Program-made: the position numbers and the translations under genes
Notes under the pieces: generated by a model
The model's database searches: none
What the model was told of the DNA's origin: nothing
What the model saw: only the letters and a program-made list of their open reading frames with translations
In this document: one piece after another, positions 13,400 through 27,617 of the stretch
How the letters are laid out: each line of letters starts with the position of its first letter
Numbering within the stretch: position 1 is the first letter of the stretch
Assembly (NCBI RefSeq): GCF_006345805.1
Contig: NC_043000.1
Span: 67,518,001-67,582,000, forward strand
Direction: 5' to 3'
Source: Octopus sinensis
Lineage: Eukaryota
DNA: 64,000 nucleotides

Positions 13400-13790
13400 T
13401 GATGGATATGTATAGTGATTAACTGAACGCTATTAATAACGTCAGAGGTAGCCTATAGAAAGAGGAGGGATAAAGTATTTTAGGTACTTTGTGCATAAGT
13501 GGATAGCAGAAAATGAAGTCGATAATTTTGTTTATATCATTGTGGAAGTTAATAGTATGTGTTTCGGGTAGCTTTGTCGGTAAAGGCTTCATGCATTTTC
13601 ATTTTTTACTTTCTCTTTATCACAGGTTTTGTTGACACTCCTGGAACTTTCTGTGCGTAGCGGGTTTACTACCTGCAGCCTACGGTTCCATGCTATTCGT
13701 TCTTTTCAGCTGTCTAATACTTTCCTGTTTATTATGGCCGTGCAAAGGGGGCAATCCTTTTGCAGCAGTTCTTCTGGGTGCTCTATTCCA
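13400..13790 (-). mobile_element. Decayed Penelope-like GIY-YIG region upstream of the hammerhead
   Basis: Minus strand has CPL.G and F....KH..NFHND.NK.ST remnants, followed by a hammerhead as in Penelope pseudo-LTRs. Confidence 0.45.
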
Positions 13791-13835
13791 ATTATTATTA
13801 TTGTTGTTGTTGTTGTTGTTGTTACTTTGGCATTA

Positions 13836-14048
13836 AAGGCGGCGAGATGGCAGAATCGTTATCACGCTGGGCGAAATGCTTAGCGGTATTTCGTGTCTTT
13901 ACGTTCTGAGTTCAAATTCCACCGAAGTCCACTTTGCCTTTCATCCTTTCAGAATCGATAAAATTAGTACTACTTACGCACTGGGGTCGATGTAATCGAT
14001 TTAATCCCTTGCCTCAAATTTGAGGCCTTGTGCTTCCAGTAGAAAGGA
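13836..14048 (+). mobile_element. tRNA-headed SINE family C, ending in a (TTA)n array
   Basis: GGCGGCGAGATGGCAGAATCG head, GTTCAAATTCC B-box and GCCTTTCATCCTTTC central block. Confidence 0.85.
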
Positions 14049-14058
14049 TTATTATTAC

Positions 14059-14118
<60 letters not shown>

Positions 14119-14540
14119 ATGTTTGACTTTTGCTTTACATTTGCACAAGCTGGCTCCAAGTCTCACCCAGCGACCTCAAGAGACAACAAGTTGGATATTA
14201 TTATTATTATTATTGAGTGAGAGAGCAGTGCATGCCATCAAAATGACACTGGGGTAAAATATACCCATCATGACTACCCGTCTGATAAGGGTACACCAGG
14301 CACATGCATCGCAACCATATGTGCGCGACATGGTGATCTCATATCAAAATAAACAGCACATGACCTTGCAGGTGGGGCCCAGTTAGAATTTTCTTCAGGT
14401 TGAGTAGCCCATCCCGCTAAAAAGGTCCCTGAATAAGGGTTGTTTAAGGATGTTGAAAGAACCACCCATGTTTCCAGAGGTGAATTATTCAAACCCCAAA
14501 GAATCCCTCTCAACACATGGCTATGATGCTCCCCCACTAC

Positions 14541-14591
<51 letters not shown>

Positions 14592-14633
14592 GTATTATCC
14601 TTATCATTATTATCATCATCATCATCATCATCC

Positions 14634-14679
<46 letters not shown>

Positions 14680-14696
14680 TATTATTATTATTATTA

Positions 14697-14744
<48 letters not shown>

Positions 14745-14750
14745 TATTAC
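14048..14750. repeat. (TTA)n/(TCA)n microsatellite complex with two embedded insertions (14118-14197, 14215-14540)
   Basis: Directly visible trinucleotide runs flanking two non-simple blocks. Confidence 0.9.
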
Positions 14751-14761
14751 GTCGGCATTAA

Positions 14762-15140
14762 AAGCGGTGAGCTGGCAGAATCCTTTGCACGCCGGACGAA
14801 ATGCTTAGCGCTATTTCGTCTGCCGCTACGTTCTGAGTTCAAATTCCACCGAGGTCCACTTTGCCTTTCATCCTTTCGGGATCGATAAATTAAGTACCAG
14901 TTACGCGCTGGGACCGATATAATCGACTTAATCCGTTTCTCTGTCCTTGTTTGTCCTCTCTGTATTTAGCCCCTTGTGGGTAGTAAAGAAATAGGTATTT
15001 CGTCTGCCGTTACGTTCTGAGATCAAATTTCGCAGAGGTCGACTTTACCTTTCATCCTTTCATCCATTGGGGTCGATGTAATCGATTTATTCCCTCCCTC
15101 CAAATTGCTGTCCTTGTGACAAAATATGAAACCATTATTA
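14762..15140 (+). mobile_element. SINE family C, full copy plus adjacent partial copy
   Basis: Same head, B-box and central block as 13836; a second partial unit starts at ~14995. Confidence 0.85.
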
Positions 15141-15249
15141 TTTTGGCATGCGGTACGTTTGACTATCATAGCAGTTAAGTGAGTGACTCTGAATTCCTCT
15201 GATTTGCAAAGGAGATAAGTAGGTTAGTGATATGATGTATGTGTTTTTC

Positions 15250-16620
15250 TAAATTGTTTGTGTGCACAGTAGAGTGATAGTAATCGTGATTTTACAGCAT
15301 GAATGTTTTATGCAACTGTAATTTAGAAAATTTTGACCACTTCTTAGGTAGTGGTTGGTACAAGTAGCTGCAGATGTTGAGGTTGCAGTTATTCCTTCAA
15401 ATCTTGTGTTTAGGAATATACTGGCGATTTTGTCATGCCTCGAGGCCATGGCACAAGTGGGAAGTGTGCATTATTCGTTTGTGCGTCTGTCTTTGTCTTG
15501 TGTTATTTGGAGGTTGGGTTTCGAGGAACAATTTATAAAGGCTAGATATTGGTTTGTAGACATGGTATTTATGGCCCATTTTGTTACGTACGGTGAAGTG
15601 TGGCAGCTGTAGTGTTTGTTGTTACTGTACATCCTTAGGTCAGTCCCGGTCAGGTAGGTTTTTGACAAAAGGTGTTCATAACGTGATCATTGCGCCTTGT
15701 TTTTATATATACTATAAATACCCAGTATTTACAAGCTATTATTTATAGCTTTGTATGTTCTTCGAGATACAATTCTAAAAAAGGAATTAATCTAAGGTTA
15801 TATTATTCATTGTATCATTTCTTCGATAAGACGGTAAGGTGTAGTTTTGAAGAAGATTCAGCTGATACTGCCTACAGTCCCAACGACCACGTAGAGGTTC
15901 TCTCGTTGTGAATAATTCCAATTATTCTATGTAATGTTTTGCTGCTTGTTTTGTGACTTATGCAGAGATAAATGGTTGCCAGGTTTCTGTTTATCAATAG
16001 ATTTTCTTTGTCGAGTTGTCTGATGCCGAATGTTATCTATTATATTTGTGGACATCTCTTTTATTTATCATGTTGGCTGTTTCCATTGTATAATCGGGGT
16101 CTTTTATTATGTTGTGTGGGATGTATTTTTTTTTATACGTCCATAATTATTTGGTTGAAACTTTGTACTGCAGTGTATAAGTCAATGACTGAATTGTTCC
16201 TGAATTTTGTGAACTATAATACTGTTTATTAGTGGAAATGGTTCCACTGGGCTTTACAAACTGAGCTTGTAAAAATATTTTTGTTTCATTCATTGATATA
16301 CGAGTATGCTGTGAAACTGATCGGTAGATGGTTAGGAGGGAATGTGTGTTTGTTATGTGGCTATGGAGGTAGTAAAGAACACGATCCTCAACTATCATAC
16401 AATTATTGGAGATAGTTGTATGAAATAAACGATGATTTGTGAGAAAATATTGCTGTAGTTAGTTTAGTGAGGTATGCTGCGTCAGTGACGGATGTTCAGG
16501 ATGTAAAGTTTACTTACTGTTCTATTGTGCCAATTTTCATGTTATTTATACTGTTGGTGTCTGATAGTATGTTAAAGTGATGCAATTGGGATCTGTAACC
16601 TGGCATAGGAGATGGCGGGG
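15250..16620 (-). mobile_element. Old retroelement-like relic (possibly Penelope N-terminal region); related segment at ~34040-34140
   Basis: TTAGTGGAAATGGTTCCACTG occurs at both ~16229 and ~34041 with flanking similarity; no intact ORF. Confidence 0.3.
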
Positions 16621-16777
16621 TCGGTGTTGCAATCTATATGTTTTGTGCGTCAATGTGTCTCTTTATATTGGTTCTCATATTAAAAGCCTGTCTTTCTAGT
16701 GCGTCGTTCTGCTCTATTAATGACCGATTGTTGTGTGTAATATCAATGTTATATGTGTCATGTGCATTATATATATA

Positions 16778-16817
<40 letters not shown>

Positions 16818-16901
16818 CATACATACATACATGCATGCATATATATATATATATGCATACACACACACACACACATATATATACATATTATATATACATA
16901 C

Positions 16902-16933
<32 letters not shown>

Positions 16934-17193
16934 TCTATACTCGTCTCGAGTTTCTTTGTCACATACCATACTATCGTGGCTGCAATTAAGGGTTTCAGAA
17001 ATCCTGTGTTGGGCATGTAATTTCGTTTCTTGTGAATATCATGGGATGATAACACATTTTTGTTGCCATGAAGGTGTTTGTAGGTTGCTAATATTGCAGT
17101 ATGTATATATTTGTTTTTAAGTTAAATTTATGTTGGTATATTGTTAATCAATTTGGTGCAAAGCATACCGTTGACAGTTCTACTTTGTAAAAC

Positions 17194-17360
<167 letters not shown>

Positions 17361-17570
17361 GGTTATTGCTATGGTATCTGTTTTGAAATATAATTATGTG
17401 TAGCTGCCGTAAATGGTGTTATTTGATAGTATTTATGAGAAAATTGAAACTAGAAAACTAAATTTTACAGGTGTTGAAGTTTATTTCATGCTGATTCATC
17501 ACTACGTGTAGTGTTCGGTTTACCATCACCACTCCCCCTTTTATTTGGTGTATTTTTCAAACACTTACAG

Positions 17571-17606
17571 TGGAGAATGCAGTACCCTTGACGTTTGGAG
17601 AAGAAA
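17571..17606 (+). other. Candidate 36-nt symmetric micro-exon
   Basis: cttacag|TGGAGAAT...GAAGAAA|gtaagt; open in phase 1 (ENAVPLTFGEE) and phase 2 (GECSTLDVWRR). Confidence 0.3.
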
Positions 17607-18999
17607 GTAAGTTGCTGCAGTAAGAAGTAACATGTCGAATTATCATCATCTCAGACTTTGTTACCAGTGCGTGTAATCTTTACAAAAGACACGGTATATG
17701 GTCAAGTGTTCATGTTAAAGACAGGGTAGGGTAAAATTTGAAGATCATTTGGCTGCTAATTCTAGCAGGTCGAGTGACCGATAAAAGTCTTCATTATCTC
17801 ATTTACCTTCATTATTATATGAAGTAGTAGGAAGAGTTAGTTATTCTTTTTTTATATCAGTTTCAACTGAAGAAAAGGGCTGTGAAGTGGTCAGCGCAGT
17901 CCCTCCTAAATCAATGAGAGTAATGCCGTTAACTTTTTGTTTAAACTGTTGCAAATCAATGAATGCAGGAAAGAGACGTGCAGACAGGGAATCCAGAGAG
18001 TCGACGAATCCAGAGAGTGGTGGTTAATGCAAAATCTGGGTCTTAGACAGAATGTGAATAACGAGAGGAAAAGAAACGAGTGAGTCGAGAGTGCTAACCA
18101 GATCCGAGGCTCAAAGATCATTGTAGTAATGAAAAGACGAGAGAGGATATCAGAAAGTCTGTGGATCACAACTTAAAATATGTTTCTGAGCGATTTTATG
18201 CCAGTTTGTTGAGTGGCTTTTCTCTGGATACGATGTTTGTGTAGGTAGCAACAATACACTCCAAGATATGGGAGCACTCATTGCTGTATTGTGAGTCTCA
18301 CCTGAACTTTCTAGAGGTTAGTAATTGAAGAGAGCTTGAAGATCTGCCGCTGAAAATTTTGTGATGTAGTTGTTGCTATATTGAATATGTGCATTTACCA
18401 GGAAAAGAATATTCAGTGGTAGTGGCAACTAAGATAAGCTGCACTTAAGAAGGGGAGATAATCTCAAGAATCAATAATTCTCCAGAATTAATGTCATTAA
18501 GTAAAAAGGACAGATTTATTGTCAGGAAGTGAAGGTGCATGGCTCAGCGGATAGAGCGTTGGGCTCACAATCATGAAGTGGTAAGTTTCGATTCCCAAAC
18601 CGGGCTGCAAGAACTCTAGTTCGCAAGAATTCTAGTTGAATGTTACTCTTATTTGAGGAGTATAAGGTGCAATAATTTTTTTTGTATATATGCAGAGACG
18701 GTGAGTCTTGTTTTGTTTTTTGTTTTGTTTTTTTTTTGCTGTTGAAAAAACTAAGAATGTTTTCAATGTGTCAGTCTATGTACTCTATTTTGGCGTGAAG
18801 GTATGAAGGTGTACAGGGTATGTGTGAATAGTATCATGTGCGTAGAAGTTGTTGAAGGTGGCAGCGAGTAGCCATTAATGTACAGAAGGAAGAGTGTGAA
18901 GAACCGTGGGAAATAACAGAGTTGATAGAGCGTGGGTTACTCGGAGTTTCATCAACACTCGCCATGATAGTGCAATCTAACAACTAACCATCGATCAAA

Positions 19000-20160
19000 G
19001 AGGTAGGGAAAAGCTAGAAGTCATAGTTCAACCTGAAGGTTGATTATGCTGACTGTCATTGATTCGAAGCTTGTTGGAGGTACTTTTGCTTTTGGTATAC
19101 ATAAATCCATGGAGGTAAGCCTGGTGGAATGGAGAGGGATAATAATGGAATATATTTCTCTGGTTGTAGTGCAAAGTTAGACGCTCAACGAGCTAATCGA
19201 GTAGTAAGTATGAATGTATTCTCTTAGAGCCGTCATAGTTGATATGTGACAGAAAGGAATATATAGAAAAATGGGGACAGACGTTATTTTAGAAAGGGAG
19301 TTGAAAGGCCTATTGTAGTTTGGGAGAGCTTGGAGTGTGGATGGTGCACGAAGGCATACTTCACGATTCTCATACGGATCTAGCAGGAATTGCTGGGCAA
19401 GTACTATCCAGTTTATAGAAGCGTTTTGTGGGATCGTTCCAGCATAGCCCTGAGTGAACTACTTGGGCAACTTAGGATATTGAATTTTGGTTCAACGGAT
19501 AGTGTCAGCAGCTCGCTTGGTAGTTTCTGATGGGTCAGTGAAGTACATGTGTTAACATGAATAGTTAGCACAGGACTGATGGAGCTCCGAGCAGTCTTAT
19601 GACTGGTGAAGAGAATGGGGAGTATGTGTGTGGTGGATAGTCGTGATAAGAAAGTGTTCAGATGATCCGATATGTGCTCATGTGGTAGTGTTTTCAATGC
19701 GAGAAATATATCAAGGATACTTGGGATGAATATAATATGGAAAAAATTGTTGTACAGAATTGAGGATTGTGAAAGAAAGATAACGTTTCTGCATCAGAAA
19801 CATCAATATGAACAGTATGAGAACCAAGCAGAGTTATAAGCATTGAAGGACGCTGATTTGATCGGAGGATGAAGTGAGATAGATGACATTGATGCATGAT
19901 GAGATATGGTTTAATCTGGCTTGAAGATATATGGAAAATACGTTGATGGTTGGAGCACTTTGGAGAATGGTAGAGAAAGCAGATCTGTTTGGAGGTGTGG
20001 AGCGAAACTACAAATGAGATTTTACTGTGAAAAAGATGATTGGTGGAGAAAATGAAATCTACGTAAATACAAGCATTACATTGCGGTGTGAAATTTAGGC
20101 TGAACAATAGGGATGTACTACAGATATTGGCTAAGAGACTCTCAAAAAGGAATCAGATGT
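19000..20160 (-). mobile_element. Decayed Penelope-like RT thumb / GIY-YIG relic
   Basis: ETLSFF (cf. E...LPFLD) followed downstream by SCP...GYAG (cf. C....YIG); otherwise heavily degraded. Confidence 0.3.
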
Positions 20161-20194
20161 GTAGCTTGTGTATTAGTAGGTCTAGTCTGGATAG

Positions 20195-20259
<65 letters not shown>

Positions 20260-21138
20260 AAGAGAATGGACAATTGACCTGGAGGTTTAATTTTAGCTTT
20301 TGGCCTCTAGGTAAGAGTAAAGTGTATCCGAAAGCTAACAACAGAGTGAACTCCGGATAAGGCACCTTTAGACCAGGTAACAGCATTAAACTGGGCTACG
20401 CGATATGCCTACCACACCGTAAATACGATCTAAATTGTTTACATTAAGATTATAGAAGATAAATGGTATCTCAAATTTAAGCATGTAAACATATATGTAA
20501 ATGTAAGTGTATGTGTATGTGTGTAACTAAACCGGCAATCTACCAAACTTGTTTGGTATGGAGGTGGTTTTCGTTGGACACCTTACAAGAAGGAAAATCA
20601 AAACATTATCAATAGACGGATGAACGGCCATCCAACAGGTGAGAGTGAAAGACCCCTAATCTTTGCTTATACGTTTCTCTAGGAGGAGGAAATTCCGAAA
20701 TAATATCCACCACATTGCGAAACCGGAGATCTTGCCCTTGCTTCCTTCTGGACTATTTGACTTTCTAGGTGAGAGTCTTAGCGGTGTTGAGCAATCTGTT
20801 ATTGACTTCAAAACTTTCAGCACGGGCATTGCTGAATAAGCTATGGGAATAAGATAGCTTGTGAGTAATAGTCCAACTGGGCTACGAGACGACAGCCACC
20901 ATGTATGAATGTATGCATGTATGTATGTATGTATGTATGTAGGTAGGTAGGTAGGTAGTAGGTAGGTAGGTAGGTAGGTAGGTGGGTAGGTAGGTAAGTA
21001 CGTGCGTACGTTGGAAGGTTGGCTAGTAGATAGGTATATACTTCAGCTATCAATAAATGGAACCGTTGTTTCACAATTATATTAGACTGGAAATAGATAT
21101 ATACTAACCGTACACAGATACACACAAATATATGTGCA

Positions 21139-21140
<2 letters not shown>

Positions 21141-21201
<61 letters not shown>

Positions 21202-21203
21202 TA

Positions 21204-21234
<31 letters not shown>

Positions 21235-21304
21235 AAGTTAATATATGTATATATATATATATAAAGTTAATATATGTATATATATATATATATATATAAA
21301 GTTA

Positions 21305-21349
<45 letters not shown>

Positions 21350-21398
21350 ATAAAGTTAATATATATATATATTATATATATATATATATATAAAGTTA

Positions 21399-21447
<49 letters not shown>

Positions 21448-21480
21448 ATATAAAGTTAATATATATATATATATATATAT
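21141..21480. repeat. (TA)n-based minisatellite with recurring AAAGTTAA anchor
   Basis: TAAAGTTAATATAT recurs about 7 times, separated by variable TA/TATG runs. Confidence 0.9.
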
Positions 21481-21616
21481 TCACACACATACATGTATGT
21501 ATGTATGTATGAGTACATACAGATGTATGCATGTGTATAGATATATATACATATACATACATAAATATATATATATATATATATATTTGTGTGTCTGTAT
21601 GTGTGTGTGTGTGTGT

Positions 21617-21661
<45 letters not shown>

Positions 21662-24099
21662 GTGCGTGTGTGACGCAACAATGCCCTGTGAATAATAGCC
21701 ATAATGATACGTGTCGGAATCAGTAAAGCAACGGACAATATATTGTGAGGTAATTTGTGACATCCTTTTATCTTCTGAATTTAAATCTCGACGAGGTCAG
21801 CTTTTCCTTTCATCTCACCGAGGTCGATAATAAGTATCAGTATAATTCTGCTAGTGTTATGCTAACAGATTTCTCACTTTCTCACTTGAGCCAAAGTTAG
21901 AAATCATTGCTAATGTTGGATATTATCAAAAACACGTGTTCTGGCGTGTTCTGAAACTGCTCATGTTTGGACACATAATAATATTTGTTTTATCCAACAT
22001 AAGGCACATTGTGTTTACTATTAATATATCAACGAAAAGGATGAGTCCTACATTGTCGTCTACCTTCACCGTTTCCAGAAGAATTGTTATTTGTAATTTC
22101 TCAAGTTAGTCGCGAATCGAGGAATACACTTTCAGTAAGGCTATGCTGGTGATAGTGGCAGAGATTGTTGTTGTTGTTGTTGTTGTTGCTGCTGCTGCTG
22201 CTGTTGTTGCTGTTGTTGCTTAGCCGTAATTCAACTCTGATCAAACAGAACAATGATCAAAGACATTCTCAGTCAACCTATCCCTTTTTCCTTCAGTTTT
22301 TCAGATATATACTATCATACATTATCCAATCTGTCTTACCATCTTTTAAGATGGGGGTATGGTTTGAGGAAGATTCAGTTATTATTTCTAGCAACTTTTC
22401 CAATAATAGTAGTAGTTGCCTTTTCACTTTCTCAGGGGAAGGAAGGAGATAACCACAGTAAATGTTAACAGCAACTACACTAACACCACAAAAGTATGAA
22501 ATATAATATAATACTAACAGCAACGTCCACAAGTTAACACTGTCAACAAAGGTAATACTGACAAGAACAAAATTAAATACGAAAAAAGCAAAGGAGAATA
22601 ATAAAAGCAAAAGTGAAGAGAAGTACACATTTAGACCAGCTACTGAGAACATACATCAGTATAATGTTAAGATGAGGTAGAAATATTGGTAAAATGTGAA
22701 TAGTGAGAAGGGGAATACACAGAGGAATGTGTTATAAAGCTATCGTCGCTTTCCTCGGGAACTAAAAATACTGAATACGACAGATTTTGAGGAAAGAATT
22801 AAAGCTATAAGGCCATAGATAAACAGGTGAGAAAGGACTTCATTTTTAATTAGTTAAATGATTGTGTCTTAGGAAGCATAGAGCTAAGGAGTGTGGACAA
22901 AATGCTATCCAAATATTGTGTTGCTACCTTAATAGAGTAGGGAAAGATTTGTGAGATTCGGAGGTATGAGCTGTGAACTTCATGAAAAAGAGGATTTGAC
23001 TGAAATTACCATCAACAAATGCAAGGTGTCTAGATAGACAATATAATTTTTTCTAATTCAGGTGATATAACGTGATATAATTCAGGTGATATAATTCAAA
23101 ACCATCTTAGATATTATTTCTCTCAAAGTCTTCTGAGTGAAAGAAACTATGAGGCTGGAGAAGTAGGGTAAATATTCAAGGTCTTTAGTTACCTACCCCT
23201 GTGTTTTGCTGTGATTTACAGTAGAAAAAGTGTAGCGGTGCGAAAGATTTATAGCATCTTCAAATACAGAAGGTTGTAAGCAGCCACATATAGAACACAG
23301 CTTCTGTATTGGATTGTCTACTCTTCAGACTCTGTTGGTATTTACCTAACTATATATTTGGTTGACTTGTACCGCAATAAGCAATAGACTTGGAGTGTTC
23401 CCACCTTCGTAAACTGAAAATTGACCCGCTACTTACGCGTAGGAGGTACAGAGGGGACGATTTAAAACTTATTGTGCTATTAAATTGTTCTTTAATCTTT
23501 TGTTTAAAGGAGTAACATGTATTCCATAATTTCGTCGGCATTTCAACCGCAGCTCTTCCATTTTCTAGCGGAACCCTTTCCTTACTTGAGCTAGCAGAGA
23601 AATTTCCAGTGGATGAATTTAGTGTAACCTTCATCATGTGTGATATATTATATAGATGCTAGCTAGTAAATACAACTATTTCATAGTTCTCATCAATTTA
23701 GATAAAATTGAAAACGCTTGACAGAGATAACCATCGCTATTTGGAGCTGTTGTAGACACAACTGTTTCTGCTCCATCTTCTGCGGTTGCATCGCAGCATG
23801 AAATAATGGTATCTTCTTAATAGTCGGAGTAAATGGTTACTTGTCGAAATCATTTCGTGTTACACACGCTTTACGTTAAGCATTCCCATCTTGGAGCATT
23901 TTGTGAAAATCACCAAGAGCTAGACCACAAATTTTATATTTGTAAGTGAACGATGCCGTTGTTTAGACCCTGATCATCCGTGATTGAAATGACCTATGAT
24001 CAAAAGGCATTCCAGTCGCAGCTGTTCCATTTTCTATCGGTACCCTTTCCTTACTTGGGCTACCAGAGAATGATTTAAAGGTGCCTTAGCTGATAGTTT

Positions 24100-25250
24100 T
24101 AACAGATCAAATGACAAATAGCAACTCATTCATTGAGCTAGAGCAGAACAAGGTGAAGAGAACTCAATCTGTCCCTGAAGTTTGATGTCTGGCAGTTACC
24201 CCACTAACACTTTGTTGGGCGCTGAAACGTATCCTATTTGCTACATCAAGAACACAATCCCAGATACCTTTGACACTTAGCGGTACCTGGTCCTCCTCCA
24301 AGCTTGAGATAGGAAAATCGTGGGCGCATGGAGAAGTAAGTACATAGTGTTTGTAGCTGATCTAAAGGTTAAGTTAATATTCGTGGATTTGGTTCACTCG
24401 CTTCAGACCTTCAACTTAATGGAAATTGGAATAAATTGACGACCAAAAATGAATTGAAAGGAAGTATATTTGAAAGGTCATGCAAAGATGATGAATGCTT
24501 CAATTTTGTGTTACTGCTTAATCACTATGCCTTTCTCCGTGGCATATCGGTTCTCAGACATGCATTTCAACTTTCTGTCTCATTCTGAACAGCGACCCCG
24601 GATCTGTGTTCAATGAGTATTTGTGTTTGCTATCTGGAGTGTTGCAGTTGGTATTTACGCTTGATATCTGGTCAGTGTGGTCGTTAGATTAACCGTAGCA
24701 TTCTATAGAATGTTAATGGAAGATGTAAGCGAAGATGACATTGGAGAAATTTCGAGCGAACGTTGATGATATACTAAACATACATTCTCAGAAGGCTTTC
24801 AGATTAGGATCATGAATTTTATTATTAGTCTTTGACCTGGTAGTGTTCGAAAGAAATAACTATCATTGACATACTCTTAACATGTCAGCAAATCTCTAAT
24901 CTATGGAATTATGTCGAACAGCAGCTACACCTGTAGAACAGATCTTGCTTTAAAGCTCACTCCATTGACATGATCGCTCTACGTTTCTAGAGCAAGAATA
25001 AAAGAACGAGATTGAGAGGCGAACGAAACTGAGAGGACTAACGACTGAATTCTTCCAATACGAGGAAGTCATAAGAAAAATCTGAATGTGTTTGATGTGG
25101 CTGAATTTGTAAACAAAAAATGGGTTTAGGTTGTACGTTAAACTTTTGAACGATTACTGAGTGAGAAATTCGATATAAAAGAGTCATTCTTCAGAGTCAC
25201 CAAGGAGATGGGTCAGAGATGTTTGGAAATAGAGAGTATCAGACTAATGT
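24100..25250 (-). mobile_element. Decayed non-LTR retrotransposon RT relic
   Basis: Minus strand gives FISNFSLSNRS, SVVSPLSF (cf. GSVLSPLLF) and EYVND (cf. YADD) in order. Confidence 0.4.
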
Positions 25251-25554
25251 CGCGGGTAGCATCTGTTCTGTGTAGTCTGCTCCTTCATTGAGTGGCAGGA
25301 TTATAAGTATAAGCTGTGTGTGTACGTGTCTCTCTTTCTCTCACGGTTCTCTCTCTGTCTCTCTCTCCTTGTCTCTCTCTCTTTGTCTGTCTTTCTCTCT
25401 CTCTCTCTCTCTCTCCGTGCGTATGTATCTTTTTCCATATTTCCTTTTAGTCCTTTATGTTTGCTTCGCAAAATTATTTTACCTAAATGTGATATGCTAA
25501 TATTTTGAAATTTTTACAATCTCACATAACTTTGTACATATATTTATATGTTTA

Positions 25555-25788
25555 TTATTTCTTTATTGCCCACAAGGGGATAAACACAGAGGGGACAAAC
25601 AAGAACAGACAAAGGGATTAAGTTGATTATATCGACCCCAGTGCGTAACTGGTACTTAATTTATCGACCCCGAAACGATGAAAGGCAACGTCGACCTCGG
25701 CGGAATTTGAACTCAGAATGTAACGGCAGACGAAGTACCGCTAAGCACTTCACCCGGCGTGCTAACGTTTCTGCCAGCTCGCCGCCTT
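25555..25788 (-). mobile_element. SINE family C, well-preserved copy
   Basis: Reverse complement of the 14762 copy from head to 3' tail. Confidence 0.9.
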
Positions 25789-25843
25789 ATATATTTATAT
25801 GTTTATATATGTATATATGTATGTGCAATGAAATATAAATATG

Positions 25844-25864
<21 letters not shown>

Positions 25865-25879
<15 letters not shown>

Positions 25880-26538
25880 ATATATGCATACATTCTATAT
25901 ACATGCATACACATAATACATACATACATACATATATAATATATGAATGAGCGTGTTCGTCCTTGCGTCTTTGTGCACGTGAATGTGTGTGATAATGTCC
26001 GTTAAAGTATGTCTGTTTACATTTATTGATGTAATCCGGTATGTCAAATTGGTTCATTCTATGTTAAAAATCAAACTTGGTGAATCGGTAAATACAGATC
26101 GATTTGTTAAAACTTTCCTGTTCTCTCTAAGCGAATACATAGGCTCAGACATACAAAGACACGCGCGCGTGCATACACACAGACACCCACTCACTCACTC
26201 ACTCACTACGCACACACACACATGCAGAGTGTATGTGAATTTTGTTTTTATAAATGCGCATCGCTATGTTTTCTTTTTTTATTTGTTAATGCACATGAGC
26301 GTTGAGTTTTTATTTTGTCCTTGTGGCAAAATAAAGACTTTATTCGTGTATTTACTTCAATTAATTCTTTGAATTCGGCACGTAAAGTTATGACTTGGGT
26401 GTTCAGGTTTACACATGCAGGAACATTGTCAGCAAGGAACAAAGATGCAGACAAAGAATAGTTGGAAAAATTAAACTTTGTATCCTTTTATACATACATA
26501 CGTGATATACATATATATGCATACATACATACATATAT

Positions 26539-26571
<33 letters not shown>

Positions 26572-26591
26572 CTATATATATATATATATAT

Positions 26592-26626
<35 letters not shown>

Positions 26627-27437
26627 AATATACATACACACATATGTATATGCACATATATATATAAGTATATGTATGTATATATATGTATATATATATA
26701 TGTGTGTGTGTGTATATGTATGTATAAATATATATATATATATTATATATATATTATATATATATATATATATATATGCATACATTCTATATACATGCAT
26801 ACACATAATACATACATACATACATATATAATATATGAATGAGCGTGTTCGTCCTTGCGTCTTTGTGCACGTGAATGTGTGTGATAATGTCCGTTAAAGT
26901 ATGTCTGTTTACATTTATTGATGTAATCCGGTATGTCAAATTGGTTCATTCTATGTTAAAAATCAAACTTGGTGAATCGGTAAATACAGATCGATTTGTT
27001 AAAACTTTCCTGTTCTCTCTAAGCGAATACATAGGCTCAGACATACAAAGACACGCGCGCGTGCATACACACAGACACCCACTCACTCACTCACTCACTA
27101 CGCACACACACACATGCAGAGTGTATGTGAATTTTGTTTTTATAAATGCGCATCGCTATGTTTTCTTTTTTTATTTGTTAATGCACATGAGCGTTGAGTT
27201 TTTATTTTGTCCTTGTGGCAAAATAAAGACTTTATTCGTGTATTTACTTCAATTAATTCTTTGAATTCGGCACGTAAAGTTATGACTTGGGTGTTCAGGT
27301 TTACACATGCAGGAACATTGTCAGCAAGGAACAAAGATGCAGACAAAGAATAGTTGGAAAAATTAAACTTTGTATCCTTTTATACATACATACGTGATAT
27401 ACATATATATGCATACATACATACATACATATATATA

Positions 27438-27521
<84 letters not shown>

Positions 27522-27617
27522 AATATACATACACACATATGTATATGCACATATATATATAAGTATATGTATGTATATATATATGTATATATATATGTGT
27601 GTGTGTGTATATGTATG

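Noticed and set aside
13626-13883. Strong acceptor plus an 84-aa ORF
   Set aside because: No donor is seen; it is antisense to a Penelope relic and runs into a microsatellite and a SINE.
20670-20735. Hammerhead-like GAAACCGG segment
   Set aside because: The CTGANGA box is not present, so it is too degenerate to call.
25983-27264. Two identical 129-aa ORFs
   Set aside because: Identity reflects the DNA duplication; non-ATG start, includes CA repeats, no domain.
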